This document shows, in pieces, positions 20,946-30,212 of a stretch of DNA of 64,000 bases (its first letter is position 1; the number at the start of each line of letters is the position of its first letter). The stretch is from a virus. Location: positions 64,001 to 128,000 of IMG/VR virus record IMGVR_UViG_3300019124_000038; one strand, written 5' to 3'. The translations under genes were made by a program, and so were the position numbers. The notes under the pieces were generated by a model. That model was not told the DNA's origin, ran no database searches, and worked only from the letters and a program-made list of their open reading frames with translations.

Positions 20946-21805
20946 GAATTGCATTCGCAGGAGGTGGAATCAGAGGAAGTGTCGAACTCGGCATCGTAAA
21001 GGCTTTCTACGAAGCGAACATTCGCCCAACAATCTTTACTGGTGCATCCGCTGGTTCAATTGTGGCAGGGCTACTAGCGATGGGCTACAGTCCTGACGAA
21101 GCATTCGCTGAGTTTTCAAAAGTTGGTAGTGATGTAATGGATGTAGCGTATGGTCATATCCTGTCTGGTCTCTTCTCGAAAGAACGAGTGCAAGGACTAG
21201 TTAGGGGTGACAGATTAGAGTCTATGTTGAACATGCTCTATTGCCGACGACAAATGCATGGGATTCCACAACCTAATAAGTTGGCAGTTGTTGCGACAGA
21301 CATCCAGACAGGCAAACAGATCATTTTTGCGAATCAAGACCCAGTAGACACAAGCATGATTGGTGATGATAATTTCGCATGGTTTAATCAGAGCACTTTG
21401 CCAATCAGTTTTGCTGTTCGCAGTTCATGCTCTTTCCCCGCCGTCTTCTTACCGAAGAGGTACATGGATTATGTATTAGTGGACGGGGGACTCACCAACA
21501 ATGTCCCATCGGATATTGCGCGGGCACTGGGAGCAACACAGGTCATTACTATTGATCTTGGCTACAACGGGGAGAAAGAGGAAGTAGGTGGTATCGCTTC
21601 AATCATCGGGAAAAGCATTTCAATTCTCATGGAGCGCGTAAACGATCATAATAACGATACACATGGAATCTATCTGAATCCTAGCGTGGATGATGTTGGA
21701 ACATTTGATTTCTCGCAAATGGACGAACTCTACCAGATCGGCTATAGATACGGGAAAGCAATGATCCAAGAAGTTCGTGAGAAGCTAGTCCTTGCCACAG
21801 CCTAG
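20939..21805 (+). CDS. patatin-like phospholipase
   Basis: GGGIRG, GASAG nucleophile elbow, DGG. Confidence 0.92.
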   Translation: MLGIAFAGGGIRGSVELGIVKAFYEANIRPTIFTGASAGSIVAGLLAMGYSPDEAFAEFSKVGSDVMDVAYGHILSGLFSKERVQGLVRGDRLESMLNMLYCRRQMHGIPQPNKLAVVATDIQTGKQIIFANQDPVDTSMIGDDNFAWFNQSTLPISFAVRSSCSFPAVFLPKRYMDYVLVDGGLTNNVPSDIARALGATQVITIDLGYNGEKEEVGGIASIIGKSISILMERVNDHNNDTHGIYLNPSVDDVGTFDFSQMDELYQIGYRYGKAMIQEVREKLVLATA

Positions 21806-21821
21806 CAATCTATGTTATACT
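21792..21821 (+). promoter_or_regulatory. sigma-A type promoter of the rSAM operon
   Basis: TTGCCA-N18-TATACT with TG extension, followed by the conserved ATAAGATAA leader and GAGGAGG RBS. Confidence 0.7.
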
Positions 21822-21851
21822 ACACCTATAAGATAAGAGGAGGAACACCGC

Positions 21852-22187
21852 ATGGTAACAATCGCAAATGGCGTTGTTTTCAATGACACCCATGTCGTAA
21901 CAACAACTGAGCTTTTACGGCTCTCCTTCTATGGGACAGGCAATGAGAATGTCATCATTGCCTTTGCTCCTAGTGTTGAGCGTCGTGGCTTGAAAGTTCT
22001 AAATGATTTCAAGCAAAACGGTACAGCAAAGATTCAAGTGTACAACAACGGTGTGCTTATCTTTGAAGATAGTGCCTATACAGATGTACAGTTCGAATAT
22101 GCCAAGAACGACACGCAAAATCTGGTAGAGCAACTGAACTTCACCAAGTCTGTTTCTTCGCTATCGACATCTACGGTCAGCGGGTAG
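21852..22187 (+). CDS. hypothetical beta-rich protein, first gene of rSAM operon
   Basis: GAGGAGG RBS, 111 aa; no family recognised. Confidence 0.75.
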   Translation: MVTIANGVVFNDTHVVTTTELLRLSFYGTGNENVIIAFAPSVERRGLKVLNDFKQNGTAKIQVYNNGVLIFEDSAYTDVQFEYAKNDTQNLVEQLNFTKSVSSLSTSTVSG

Positions 22188-22196
22188 GTGTTATAG

Positions 22197-22853
22197 ATGC
22201 CAGCACAGAAAGGTACAGTTTGGATTACCGATTCTGAGTTTCATCTGGTAGGTGAGGACGGACTGCATTGGTACTATGTCGGCACTGATGCGGGTGCGGC
22301 TCCAGCGGATGCAGACCTTGGCTCTATTTGGGTTAACACCAATCTGTATTACATCGACGCTAACGCTAGGATTCGGTATATCCCAAGCGTAGTCATGAGC
22401 GCTGTGCAGGGTGTTGCTGGTAGTGCATGGATTAATAACCGTTTCCTCTACTGGCTAGATAACACAAAGACCATCCGATACGGTCATTCAGATGTCGCAG
22501 GATACAACGACTACGGCGATTCACGCGCTCACGGAGACACGGCATTCTATGACAGGGCACATACCGATTCCTATGGCACATATACAAACTGGGCGCATAG
22601 CGACACTCCTCACTCTGACAACGCACACGGTGACTGGCAACCATACTGCGACGTAACTGGTTGCTCGCCTACGCACGGTGATTATGGACATGGCGATAGT
22701 CCACATAGTGATAATCCGCATGTAGATTCACCAGCGCAATATTTCGATATTCCACACGGGGATACGCCACATAGCGACACCCCACCATACTCGGATTACG
22801 GCGATTCTCGGGCACATGCAGACTACCCACGACAGGGAACGACAATTGCATAG
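22197..22853 (+). CDS. fibre-like protein with HxD/YxD repeat region; putative radical SAM substrate
   Basis: Three N-terminal G(S/T)xW repeats; 21 aromatic-x-D/N motifs in aa 97-209; directly upstream of an rSAM/SPASM gene. Confidence 0.8.
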   Translation: MPAQKGTVWITDSEFHLVGEDGLHWYYVGTDAGAAPADADLGSIWVNTNLYYIDANARIRYIPSVVMSAVQGVAGSAWINNRFLYWLDNTKTIRYGHSDVAGYNDYGDSRAHGDTAFYDRAHTDSYGTYTNWAHSDTPHSDNAHGDWQPYCDVTGCSPTHGDYGHGDSPHSDNPHVDSPAQYFDIPHGDTPHSDTPPYSDYGDSRAHADYPRQGTTIA

Positions 22854-22864
22854 GAGGGGAAAGG

Positions 22865-24079
22865 ATGGCTAACGAAGTTAGACCTATGGGTGTAGCATGT
22901 AATCTTAAATGCACTTACTGCTATCAGAACCCTCTTCGGGATGCGGGGAATATCAATACTCTGTATGATCTCGAAAAGATCATCGAGCAACTTGACAAGA
23001 CCACATCAGAGTTTCACCTTTTCGGGGGTGAAGCTCTACTAATCCCGAAGAAAGATTTAGAGGTTCTTTGGTCATACGGATTAAAACGGTTCGGACAAAA
23101 CGGGATTCAAACGAACGGCGTACTTATCGACGCTGAACACGTAGAACTGTTCAAAAAATATAAAGTTTCTGTCGGCATCTCTATCGACGGCCCTGCCGAA
23201 CTCAACGACATGCGTTGGGCGGGTTCTCTCGACAAGACACGGGAAGCAACGCAAAAGATCATGGACAACATCGTTATGCTGGCTAATGAGGGTGTGCAGA
23301 TGGGCATTATCATCACCATCCACAAACTTAATGGTATGCCAGAACATCTTCCACGACTGCTCAATTTTATTCGTTGGCTCGGAGATATCGGCGTTAAAGG
23401 CGGCAACATTCACACCCTTGAAGTCGATAATGAGATTGTAAGGAACATGTTCTGTCTGACAGAAGAAGAAAATCTTTATGCGTTCCTGACTCTGGCGCAG
23501 TTCTTTCAGGAGAACCCTGATCTGTCATGGAATCCGTTCGGAGAAATATACAAGCTCCTCCAAGGTGATGACTACGGGGCTAACTGTAATTTTAAACGAT
23601 GTGATTCTATGAACACTCAGGCGGTCTATGGCATTGAAGGGAATGGCGCACTGTCTAACTGCTCTCGCACTAACAAAGAAGGTATCGACATGTATAAGGC
23701 AGACGATCATGGCTATGAGCGCTACATTTCGCTCTACCACACGCCGCCTGAGTATGGTGGCTGTAACGGTTGCCGTTTCTGGTCGATCTGCGGTGGATCA
23801 TGTCCCGGTGAAAGTGTTAATGGAGACTTTAGAAACAAAACAATACACTGTCAAACAATGAAGGGTATTCTCGGTTTCTACGAAGAAGTTCTGGAGAGCG
23901 AGGGTATTCAACCTATCACTAAGCATCCGAATCTCTACGAATACGAGAGAGAGATGTTGAAGTGGATGGCGCAAGGTCAGAACTGCTTGCTCAGTGATGC
24001 TATCAGGATGGTTGATGGTCGCGGGGAAAATGGCGAAATTCGCGTAGTTCCTGTGTACAGAAATGAAGGGAGGGAGTAA
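22865..24079 (+). CDS. radical SAM/SPASM domain peptide/protein maturase
   Basis: CNLKCTYC, FGGEALL, IQTNG, ISIDGP; SPASM CNFKRC...SNC...CNGCRFWSICGGSCP...HC. Confidence 0.93.
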   Translation: MANEVRPMGVACNLKCTYCYQNPLRDAGNINTLYDLEKIIEQLDKTTSEFHLFGGEALLIPKKDLEVLWSYGLKRFGQNGIQTNGVLIDAEHVELFKKYKVSVGISIDGPAELNDMRWAGSLDKTREATQKIMDNIVMLANEGVQMGIIITIHKLNGMPEHLPRLLNFIRWLGDIGVKGGNIHTLEVDNEIVRNMFCLTEEENLYAFLTLAQFFQENPDLSWNPFGEIYKLLQGDDYGANCNFKRCDSMNTQAVYGIEGNGALSNCSRTNKEGIDMYKADDHGYERYISLYHTPPEYGGCNGCRFWSICGGSCPGESVNGDFRNKTIHCQTMKGILGFYEEVLESEGIQPITKHPNLYEYEREMLKWMAQGQNCLLSDAIRMVDGRGENGEIRVVPVYRNEGRE

Positions 24080-25041
24080 TGATGGAACTGCTTGGCTTTG
24101 ACATGCCGCCGTTTGCGCGTATTCAATATGTTACAGCAGGTGTCAAGAACGAGTGGGAGCCGCGTGTTGCAAGAGCCGCAAAAGCCTACTACGATCTGGA
24201 GCTTCTAACTGTCAAGCATGGAGTACGCGCATGTACTACACGTCATGTCTCTCCACAGAACTTGGAGTATGACTTACAGAACTTTGCGCGGCATGGTCTT
24301 GTGTGGCTTCCGATTCAACGAGTGGGAAGCTATCAGGGCTTTGCTCACAAGCATCCTCCTGTTCAGGAAGGTCGCCCTTGGGCTTGGTATGGTGTAGTGG
24401 CTCGTACAATGGAAGACGCTTTGAAGTTTGTCGAAGCATCGACGACAAAGTTCGACCACGATGTTCTTGGTCAGCTTCTTGGCTATCCCGACTGTTGTCG
24501 AAAGTTTTTTAATGAGGTGTGGGGGGCAGGGTATATTGACCCAATATGGCAACAAGCAGGAGGTGATCTTGAACACATGATACAGCATGAGGTCACGGAA
24601 GGTCAGGAAATGGTGCACTTCTCCAGTAGCGTCTCACATTTGACCGTATCCATGCTTCGTTATATTGGTGTGCGTATCGTACCGCATATCCCGTGCTCTG
24701 TAGGTTGCAAACATTCAGAGCATATTGCTCAGGCATGGTTTGAAGTCGGAGAGAAAGAGGAGGTAGAAGGTCTCCGTGATCTTGTAGCCCTCTTGACTCT
24801 GCCTACTGAATGGGACTGCCTGAGAGGGATTGCCGTTGTCTCTACACCTTTGTTCAAGATTCAGACGAACTCTATGACCACAACGAAGCGGTACATTGTT
24901 CGTAAGGATGGCGAATGGTATCCAGAAGAAGCACCAAGCGGCTTGAAGTTTCCTTGGCAAACGAAAGTAGGATTCGGATGTAATACCAGTATTCGCTCAC
25001 ACGCCAAGTCTGATCTGATTCAAGTAGAGAGTACACAATGA
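24079..25041 (+). CDS. Cys/His-motif protein coupled to the rSAM gene (possibly DUF483-like)
   Basis: Start overlaps the rSAM stop; motifs GQLLGYPDCCRKFF and HIPCSVGC. Confidence 0.7.
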   Translation: MMELLGFDMPPFARIQYVTAGVKNEWEPRVARAAKAYYDLELLTVKHGVRACTTRHVSPQNLEYDLQNFARHGLVWLPIQRVGSYQGFAHKHPPVQEGRPWAWYGVVARTMEDALKFVEASTTKFDHDVLGQLLGYPDCCRKFFNEVWGAGYIDPIWQQAGGDLEHMIQHEVTEGQEMVHFSSSVSHLTVSMLRYIGVRIVPHIPCSVGCKHSEHIAQAWFEVGEKEEVEGLRDLVALLTLPTEWDCLRGIAVVSTPLFKIQTNSMTTTKRYIVRKDGEWYPEEAPSGLKFPWQTKVGFGCNTSIRSHAKSDLIQVESTQ

Positions 25042-25429
25042 AACTTCTCCGCATATTGTTAGTGCCAATCACGTACCCGATTTTCGTGGTTCTCGTTATT
25101 CTCGCGAATTTACTTATAGTAGTAACATTTGGAGATGTTCGTTGGGCATGGATATTCGCAGGATGGGTACAGGATTACTACTATTGGATAAGTGAATGGA
25201 GGTATATGTAGTGGCTAAGGACACCAATATTGACACTCAAAAGTTTGACTGTTGCTACGAACTGAGCCACAAGGGGATTTACATGGAGGTTGACCTGAAT
25301 AGTACCCATGTGGCCTTCTCAATGTATAATCGTGCGCGGTTTGAAACACAAGTTTGTATCAATAGCAAGGACGACGCACGTAGGCTCATTGAGTTGTTAG
25401 AGGAATATTGTCAGCGATCCTAGCATTCC

Positions 25430-25458
25430 TTGACAAATCTGTCACTAAAGTCTATAAT
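25430..25458 (+). promoter_or_regulatory. sigma-A type promoter
   Basis: TTGACA-N17-TATAAT. Confidence 0.9.
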
Positions 25459-25499
25459 ATAACTATAAGATAACTGATTGAAAAGGAGAACGTAGCTGA

Positions 25500-26267
25500 A
25501 TGAAAACATCTGAAAGTCTAGTAAATTTCGCTCCTGCTTTTGTCGGATTTAGCTCAGAGGTAGAACGAATTGAGAAAGATCGTCGTAATCCGCACTTTAA
25601 GAATGACTACGCGACGCTTGACCAACTGATCGACGCAACACGTCCGATTCTTGCCAAATATGGTTTGGCTGTTACTCAGAGTGCGGCTGGAGATGAAAAC
25701 GGGAATGTCGTTCTTACAACTCGGGTAATGCATACCTCTGGCGAATGGCAAGAAACAGAGCCTCTTATCATGAAGCCTGTGAAAACAGACCCGCAAGGCA
25801 TGGGTTCCGCAACTACTTATGCGCGACGTTATCAATACGCGGCGGCTCTGAATCTGAGTACTGGCGAGGATGATGATGGCAACGACGCAAGCGGCATCGG
25901 TAATACGGATAAGACACCCGCTCCTGATGTAGAAACCCGTCGCCAAAATGCGCGACAAGAAGCCATGAATCGTCGCAACTCTGGAGGTAACAATTCCACT
26001 CCTACCGCACCGACTACTCCAGCAGAAACGACCTCTGCAAGCATGGAGAGCACAGGCATGATTACTGATGGTCAAGTCAAGTCCATCAATAACATGACGA
26101 ATGTACTTGACCGCAAGTACGGTGACGAACGCGTAGGTTCCCGACTGCTCGGCGACAAGCTGGCTGAATATGGCAAGGGCGATCTCTCCGAGCTAACCTT
26201 TGACGAAGCGGCTGGTATCCTGTCTACCTTCAACGGAGCAATGCGTAACAAACCGACCTTCAACTAG
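25500..26267 (+). CDS. erf: ERF-family single-strand annealing protein
   Basis: NPHFKNDYATL, HTSGEW, PQGMGSATTYARRY, EDDDG. Confidence 0.93.
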   Translation: MKTSESLVNFAPAFVGFSSEVERIEKDRRNPHFKNDYATLDQLIDATRPILAKYGLAVTQSAAGDENGNVVLTTRVMHTSGEWQETEPLIMKPVKTDPQGMGSATTYARRYQYAAALNLSTGEDDDGNDASGIGNTDKTPAPDVETRRQNARQEAMNRRNSGGNNSTPTAPTTPAETTSASMESTGMITDGQVKSINNMTNVLDRKYGDERVGSRLLGDKLAEYGKGDLSELTFDEAAGILSTFNGAMRNKPTFN

Positions 26268-26575
26268 GTCATATGGGGTAGGAGGAATCCTGCCCCTTTT
26301 CCATTTTAAAGGAGGGGCTAATAGTGTACGGCGCATTGGACGATTTCTACAAAGGGACACTTTTTTCGCGAGATGAACTGGAGCGAGAAATTGATTTCTG
26401 GCAAAAGGTCGTAGACGAAAAAGAAGAAAACGACGTATACCAAGGCGATCAATACTATCAAGATGACTTACAGGCTCTAGGAGCTTTGAGGGAAGCACTC
26501 GAAAATTTCTCTCAATACTATGAAGAGCAAGAGGATGGTAGCTTGACCTATATTTTCGGAACGGAGAGATAATAA

Positions 26576-27079
26576 GTGCAGGACTACTATTTCGTAACTA
26601 TTGATGGGCGGCCAATCGCAAAGTCGAACATGTACGGCGTTCGTGTTGTTGGGAAGCGCGGCATCATGTATACGACCAAGGAACTTGAAGAATATGAGTT
26701 GCTGGTAGGCAAAGCCGTGAGCGACGCAATCCCTACAATACTACCGCACGATTTCTACTCAATCTATCTCCGCATCTACCAGCACGGCAAGAAGTGGATT
26801 GATGTGGACAACTGCTTCAAGGCAATTCAGGATGGGATGGACTCCACCAAAACGATCAAGCGCGGGAAACAAGAGATCAAAGTCTGCGAAAGCGGCATTG
26901 AAAATGACCGCTATTTCCAACTGATCGTCGGTGAGCGCATCATTGTTGAGTCGGCGGAAGAACAGCGGGTAGAGTTGATTATTGCACCATATCGTGGACT
27001 GTTCAATTTGGTTAGCATTGTGAAAGAGCACTATAAAATTGATGAAGATTACCATGAGCAATTGATCTTGCCTTTGTGA
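26576..27079 (+). CDS. RusA-like Holliday junction resolvase
   Basis: GRPIAKSN, DVDNCFKAIQD, IENDR. Confidence 0.8.
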   Translation: MQDYYFVTIDGRPIAKSNMYGVRVVGKRGIMYTTKELEEYELLVGKAVSDAIPTILPHDFYSIYLRIYQHGKKWIDVDNCFKAIQDGMDSTKTIKRGKQEIKVCESGIENDRYFQLIVGERIIVESAEEQRVELIIAPYRGLFNLVSIVKEHYKIDEDYHEQLILPL

Positions 27080-27305
27080 TATGTTATATTATGGATATAG
27101 TTCACAAAGGAGTGGTAAAAATGTGTAATAAAAAGAATTGCAATTTGGGTAAGGAGTCACTTACGCCGTATGCCCCATATGTAGATGAAGTAATTAATGG
27201 CGACTATCTGGTAAGACAAACCTTTTACCCGTATAGATGTGAGTGTGGGTATTGGGAGCATTCGCCCGTCGATCTTTTTGAGGAAGAAGACTAATAGATT
27301 TTTCC

Positions 27306-27335
27306 TTGACAGATGGTAGTTGCGCCCAGTATACT
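27306..27335 (+). promoter_or_regulatory. sigma-A type promoter
   Basis: TTGACA-N18-TATACT. Confidence 0.8.
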
Positions 27336-27370
27336 ATAAGTGTAAGATAATAACAGAGGAGGAATTAGGC

Positions 27371-27538
27371 ATGATGAAGAAAATCACAGGAATGATGATT
27401 CGAGTGACCTTGGCACTCGCACTGGTGATGGGTACGGCGGTGCTCGACGAAATCATCCCGATCACACCCGACTCCCCGAGTGTGATCGCCCAAAATGACC
27501 CGCCGCTTCCGTGGAGCCATATCATCGTGATCGGCTAA
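27371..27538 (+). CDS. secreted pro-peptide, RRNPP/Phr-like signalling peptide candidate
   Basis: 55 aa, MMKK + hydrophobic signal, C-terminal AQNDPPLPWS; has its own promoter and terminator. Confidence 0.6.
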   Translation: MMKKITGMMIRVTLALALVMGTAVLDEIIPITPDSPSVIAQNDPPLPWSHIIVIG

Positions 27539-27544
27539 GAGAAC

Positions 27545-27576
27545 AGGGACAGCTTCGGCTGTCCTTGACTCTTTTC
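27545..27576 (+). terminator. terminator-like hairpin with UUCG loop
   Basis: AGGGACAGC-TTCG-GCTGTCCTT then GACTCTTTTC. Confidence 0.65.
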
Positions 27577-27593
27577 TAGTAGTCTAGTATAAT
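27565..27593 (+). promoter_or_regulatory. sigma-A type promoter
   Basis: TTGACT-N17-TATAAT. Confidence 0.85.
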
Positions 27594-28146
27594 ACAGGTA
27601 TAATACATGAGAGGGTGACATGAATGATGATGTTCAATATTGTGTTTCTGATCTTGGCAGTTCTGTTCGTGGCGTTTGGTGCGCTGATGATTTGCATTCT
27701 GGAAAGCGCGGTGGCTCGACTCATTTGGGTTGGCATCATTCTGATCTGGATGATTAATGGTGCAAGTGCAGTTAACAGCTTGCTCGGCAACTAGGAGGAG
27801 TCAATATTATTCTGAACGCTATCGCCACTGTAACTTCGGGACTTGCCGCCGCAATTTGGTTTGCAATGGACAAGCCTAAGTACGGAGCAGTTATGCCGAT
27901 AACGAATTACAAACCACTCAACATGATTGAAATATTGGAGTGGATTAAGCGGTAGGAGGTTTGGCTGATGACACTTTTAGAAATTGGGATTCTTACGCTC
28001 GGACTTGTTGTTGCGCTCGGCGCAATGAAGCAAGAAGTTGAAACTGAGAATCCAAGCCCGTTCTGGTTTTACGTTTCCATCGTTGCCACGCCGATTCTGT
28101 TCGTCGGTTTGTGGCGCGGACTTCTGAGCCTGTGGGGGTGATAGCA

Positions 28147-28755
28147 ATGGGACTGAAAGTAAACATCTGTGGTGCTCCGAGTAGCCGCAAGAGTACCGTG
28201 TGCGCGGGGCTGGAAGCAAAGCTCAAACAGCAACGCATCAATGCAGAGACTTCTAAAGAATATGTCCGTCAGTACATTCAGACCTACGGAGTGCCGCAAG
28301 AGCTTGCTACTGAGTTCATCATCTACCATAATCAAATGTCTCGCGACATTGGTGTTGCTAACAACACTGACGTAATGTTGTCTGATACTCCAGCCGTTAA
28401 CGCTTATATTTTTGGGAAGCGTTCTTTGATGGCTAAGATGGCGCGGCAGGAACGAAAAACACCGACCGAAGAGGAATACAAAATTTTGGAGGAGCTTCAC
28501 TCTATGGCACTCCGAAAACTTCACTGGTTCGATCTGATCGTTCTCTTCCCGCCTACGATGGATGTTATAGACGATGGCGTTCGTACTGAGACGGTAGAAG
28601 ATCAAGTGGCAATCTTCAACGCAATCAAGGGGTTTCTCGATGCTGAACAAGTCCCCTACTTGGTTGCCGAAGGTACTCCCGATGAGAAGATTGACTATTG
28701 TTTCGGAGCCATTATGTCTCGTCTGTTCGTGATTCCTGACACGCCGCCGTTTTAA
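28147..28755 (+). CDS. NadR/Ttd14-type P-loop kinase (AAA_28-like)
   Basis: NICGAPSSRKST Walker A variant, KEYVR, LSDT, DDGVR. Confidence 0.75.
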   Translation: MGLKVNICGAPSSRKSTVCAGLEAKLKQQRINAETSKEYVRQYIQTYGVPQELATEFIIYHNQMSRDIGVANNTDVMLSDTPAVNAYIFGKRSLMAKMARQERKTPTEEEYKILEELHSMALRKLHWFDLIVLFPPTMDVIDDGVRTETVEDQVAIFNAIKGFLDAEQVPYLVAEGTPDEKIDYCFGAIMSRLFVIPDTPPF

Positions 28756-28771
28756 TAGAGGAGGAAAATAG

Positions 28772-29977
28772 ATGGCAAAGATCGTAATGCTATCCGATAG
28801 TCCCACGCTGACTACTGGGTATGGTCGCGTCATGCAAGTTTTAGCTCCTGCGTTTCATGAGCTAGGACATGCTGTGACAGTGATCGGATGGGGATATACG
28901 GGAGAGCCCCATGACTTCCCGTTTCCCATCATTCCGTGCAATGCACATGCCGACCGATTCGGCGAAGATATCCTTGGTGAATTCATTCGCTATGAAAAAC
29001 CAGATATCCTCTTCACACTTGGAGACCCTTGGATGACTGAGTTTATTCCAGAAATGGAGGAGCGCGTAGCTGTCCATTGGGTAAGTTACTTTCCACTAGA
29101 CGGATACCCTATCCCGAAGTCATGGCATGGATGGTTGCTAAATATTGATACTCCTATTGTGTTTAGCAAGTTTGCTCAGAACTTGGCAGAGGAGGTTCTT
29201 GGTCGTAAACCGCCGCTGATCTACCACGGCGTTGACACAAACAAGTTCCAAGTTCTTGATCGGAGCACATGCAAGCAGGAAATTCTCGGATTCGATGACA
29301 AGTTCATCGTAGGCACGGTGGCGCGGAATCAACCGAGAAAGAATCTACCTGCGCTTGTAAGAGCATTTGCGGATTTTGCAAGGGGTAAGGACGATGTGGC
29401 TCTTTATATGCACACACAGATTCGTGACGTAGGATGGAACATCGACGAGCTAGTAGAACGGTTCGAGCTATATGACAAAGCCTACTGCACAGATAACTTT
29501 AATGCTCTCAAAGGTGTTCCCGACAGTGAGTTAAACAAACTATACTCGATGTTTGACCTCTTCGCTCTCCCTACGATGAGCGAGGGTTTTGGGCTACCTA
29601 TTTTGGAAGCACAGGCTTGTGGCACACCTGTTCTTGTAACAGACTTCTCAGCATGTCCAGAACTTGTGGTCAACCGCAACCAGCTCATTAAGGTCAAAGA
29701 TACGATCATTATGGGGCGGAACATAGAGCAAGCTATTGTCGATCACGACGATATGGTTCGCAAACTCAACTACTACTACGCCGATTGGAAGAAAACACGC
29801 GCTGGAATCATGGGAGCCAATAGCGTTTTGAAGGCATATGGGGTTGCTGGTCGTAGACTGGCAGAGAGCTTTGACTGGTCGATTCAGTTGAAAGAGTTTA
29901 ACAAGATGCTGAGACAGATTACTCCACAAGCTGAAAGGCGTTCAAAGGCTATCTTTCCTCAGTTCCATAAAATTTAG
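28772..29977 (+). CDS. glycosyltransferase family 4
   Basis: TGYGRV, IYHGVD, ARNQPRKNLP, EGFGLPILEAQACGTP. Confidence 0.93.
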   Translation: MAKIVMLSDSPTLTTGYGRVMQVLAPAFHELGHAVTVIGWGYTGEPHDFPFPIIPCNAHADRFGEDILGEFIRYEKPDILFTLGDPWMTEFIPEMEERVAVHWVSYFPLDGYPIPKSWHGWLLNIDTPIVFSKFAQNLAEEVLGRKPPLIYHGVDTNKFQVLDRSTCKQEILGFDDKFIVGTVARNQPRKNLPALVRAFADFARGKDDVALYMHTQIRDVGWNIDELVERFELYDKAYCTDNFNALKGVPDSELNKLYSMFDLFALPTMSEGFGLPILEAQACGTPVLVTDFSACPELVVNRNQLIKVKDTIIMGRNIEQAIVDHDDMVRKLNYYYADWKKTRAGIMGANSVLKAYGVAGRRLAESFDWSIQLKEFNKMLRQITPQAERRSKAIFPQFHKI

Positions 29978-30212
29978 AAGCGGGGTTGTTTGAAACTCTT
30001 TTACGGATCGTAGAATTGTACTATGGAGGTGTGGATGATGATTGAAGTAAAGAAAAATGAGCACCCTATTCCTCACATCAACATCAAGTTATCTGAACAG
30101 CAAGCGTCTTCGCTGGAATATGCACTGAGCCTAGTCAGGCTAAATGGGGCACTTGAAGGTGAGGTACAGGACTTCCTATACGCACTTCAAAAAGCTATTG
30201 GGGGTATTCTTG

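Noticed and set aside
19142-21805. MTase + HNH + patatin as a restriction-modification or CBASS-like defence locus
   Set aside because: The HNH-AP2 is a typical homing endonuclease, no cyclase or cognate REase is adjacent, and a terminator separates the genes
22485-22823. HxD repeat region as a DNA tandem repeat or CRISPR-like array
   Set aside because: Repeats are conserved at the protein level with divergent synonymous codons (e.g. the two DYGDSRAH copies), so selection acts on the protein
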